From NCBI RefSeq assembly GCF_006345805.1, contig NC_043016.1:11284001-11348000 (forward strand): 64,000 nt of DNA, given 5' to 3'. Origin of the DNA: Octopus sinensis (Eukaryota). Under the pieces are notes generated by a model. That model worked only from the letters and a program-made list of their open reading frames with translations, ran no database searches and was not told the DNA's origin. Positions 61,966 to 64,000 of the stretch are shown piece by piece. Position 1 is the first letter of the stretch. Each line of letters opens with the position of its first letter. The translations under genes and the position numbers were made by a program.

Positions 61966-62929
61966 GTACTGACTTCCCCTCCCCACAAAATTTTGCTGCC
62001 CTTGTGGTTATATTATATATTATGATTCTGGTTATTATTATAATTTTATACTCTAGGCACAAGGCCTGAAATTTTGGGGGAGCAGAAGATTAGAGCGACA
62101 CCACTACGTAACTGGTACTTAATTTATTAACTCTGAAAGGATGAAAAACAAAGTCGACCTCGACGGAATTTGAATTCAGAACATAAAGAAAGACAAAATA
62201 CCACCAGGCATTTTAACTGGCGTGCTCACATTTCTGCCAGCTCGCCGCCTCATCATCATTATAATACATGAATGATGATGATGATGATGGTAATAATGAT
62301 GATGGTGATTACAATGATGATGGTGATGATGATGATGATGATGACGATGATCATCCTCCTGTTGATGGTGGTGGTGATGGTGGTAGCGGCTGCGTTGGTG
62401 ATGGTGGTGTGAAGGTAATGAGGAGGAGGAGGAGGATTATGATAACGATGATGATGATGATGATGATGATGATGAAATAAAAACCGTTCTTTTCCTTGCG
62501 TATAATATTATTATTACACCACCACATCAATCACATCAGGCAACTCTATACTAATTTCTACCATCAAAGACACTCTATACAGTCACAGACATGCCTTACA
62601 ATACCACAAAAATACGATTCTTCCCTCTATAGACACATATTATACTAACACAAATAAAAAAAAAAAAACAAAAAACAAAAAACAAATACTAACTAAATTT
62701 TATACTGATACGGATATAATATATTGACTGGGGGCATATGGTTTCTGGATGTGTTAGGTGAGCCATACATCCCTACTAAAGATGGTACGCTCATCAGAAA
62801 TATTAAACTCGTATTTTTTTTTATATATAACGTAAAAATGGTGCAGACTGTGGTTTTGTGGTTTAAGAAGTTAACTTTCCAATAAACCAACATTCAGCAT
62901 TCAGGTTCAGTCCCACTGCATGGCACCTT

Positions 62930-63160
62930 ACTCTTTTTCACTCTTTTACTTGTTTCAGTCATTTGACTGCGGCCATGCTGGAGCACCGCCTTTAGTTGAG
63001 CAACTCGACCCCGGGACTTATTCTTTTGTAAGCCCAGTACTTATTCTATCGGTCTCTTTTTGCCGAACCGCTAAGTGAACGGGACATAAACACACCAGAA
63101 TCGGTTGTCAAACAATGCTAGGGGGACAGACACAGACACACAAACACACACACATACACA
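62930..63160 (-). mobile_element. SINE family 1, 3' half
   Basis: CTCTTTTACTTGTTTCAGTCATTTGACTGCGGCCATGCTGG... Confidence 0.9.
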
Positions 63161-63188
63161 ATATATATATATATTATATATACATTTT

Positions 63189-64000
63189 AATCCAAACGGG
63201 AAACAAAAAAACAACAACAATGGAACATTACAGTATATTATTAATAGGCGCTCAGGAAAAGGAAAGCAGGGAGGTATGACGTTTCGAGCGGAGAGCTCTT
63301 CGTCGGAAACATAAAGAAGGAAGAGAGAGGAAAGAAAGATCCAGAGCGCGGGCAACAGGGAAAGAGAAAAAAGACGACTGGTGTTTACGAGTTGCACATG
63401 GTGAAAGGCGGATGTTTCGAAAACAGAGCAAAGTGGGTTTTTAAAGGCAAAAGAGTGGAGACAAAGGTAGGTAACGCAACAGATGTGTGTGGTATGTGTG
63501 AGTGTGTGCGTGTGCGGTGTGTATGTGGGTGTTGTGTGAGGCGAGATGAAAAAACAAAAAAAATATTATGTGTGTGTTAGTGTGTGCGTCTGTGTGTAGG
63601 CGTGTGAGGTAGGGCGAGATAGTGGTCAGCTTAGCAGACAAAGTCAGTAGTAAGAAAAAGAAGGAAGGAGGAAGGGAGGGAGGGGAAGGGTGGGGGGCGT
63701 ATGTAGCGTGCCAGCGTGTGTTGAGTAGTAGGTGTGTGTGTTGTCCAGTGTCGTGGTGGTATAAATGGCGAGTATATTGAATGTGTGTAAGAGTAATGTA
63801 TATATTTAAGCAATGTGTGTATATGTGTGCGCGTGTGTGTAACGAAAAAGGGGGGGGGTGTAAGGAAAAAGGACTCCAGCTGAGGGGAAGGGGAGATGGA
63901 AGAGTGGTCCCGCGGAGGCGGGCGTGGGAAAACCCAACGACACGCGACGGTCCCAGGAACGGGCGGGAGGTCTTGTCGGTTCAAGAGCGAGGTGCCTGCG
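63189..64000 (-). mobile_element. 3' end of a probable second PLE running off the window
   Basis: Terminal repeat with hammerhead, similar in layout to 2331-2640 and 8030-8235. The peptide GTSLLNRQDL at the window edge resembles a GIY-YIG C-terminus (GT..P.GLN). Confidence 0.5.
63274..63310 (-). ncRNA. Minimal type I hammerhead-like motif (U4C variant, GUC site)
   Basis: GUUU-CCGACGA-A-GAGC(UCUCC)GCUC-GAA-ACGU-C-AUAC. Confidence 0.65.

Noticed and set aside
62735-62800. CTGATGAG...GAAAC on the minus strand
   Set aside because: The helices do not flank the core correctly and there is no NUH closing stem III.

Overview
AT-rich, repeat-saturated animal genomic DNA. The SINE, MITE and LINE repertoire looks coleoid cephalopod (Octopus-like), judged from recall and not from a database search. 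Only one host gene is well supported: the last two coding exons of an SDR16C-family short-chain dehydrogenase/reductase (retinol dehydrogenase-like) on the + strand, at 249-374 and 19083-19215, separated by an 18.7 kb GT-AG intron. Almost all ORFs in the supplied track are microsatellite read-throughs or transposon relics. Mobile elements include a decayed, near full-length Neptune-type Penelope-like element (PLE), several solo PLE terminal repeats, RTE, R4/Dong and L1/Tx1 LINE fragments, mariner relics, hAT/Merlin/piggyBac-like MITEs, Helitron-like elements and dozens of tRNA-derived SINEs. The most striking feature, found by folding sequence by hand, is 11 type I hammerhead-ribozyme-like motifs from at least six repeat families. 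One family couples a tRNA-like Pol III head to a hammerhead and inserts as a fold-back hairpin with target-site duplications. Several motifs have intact cores, and two of these lie in sense orientation in or just behind the SDR gene. The window is also rich in long inverted repeats. There is a 100-N assembly gap at 56115-56214. Exon, ribozyme and TSD coordinates were counted base by base; boundaries of most other repeats are approximate (about 10-30 bp).
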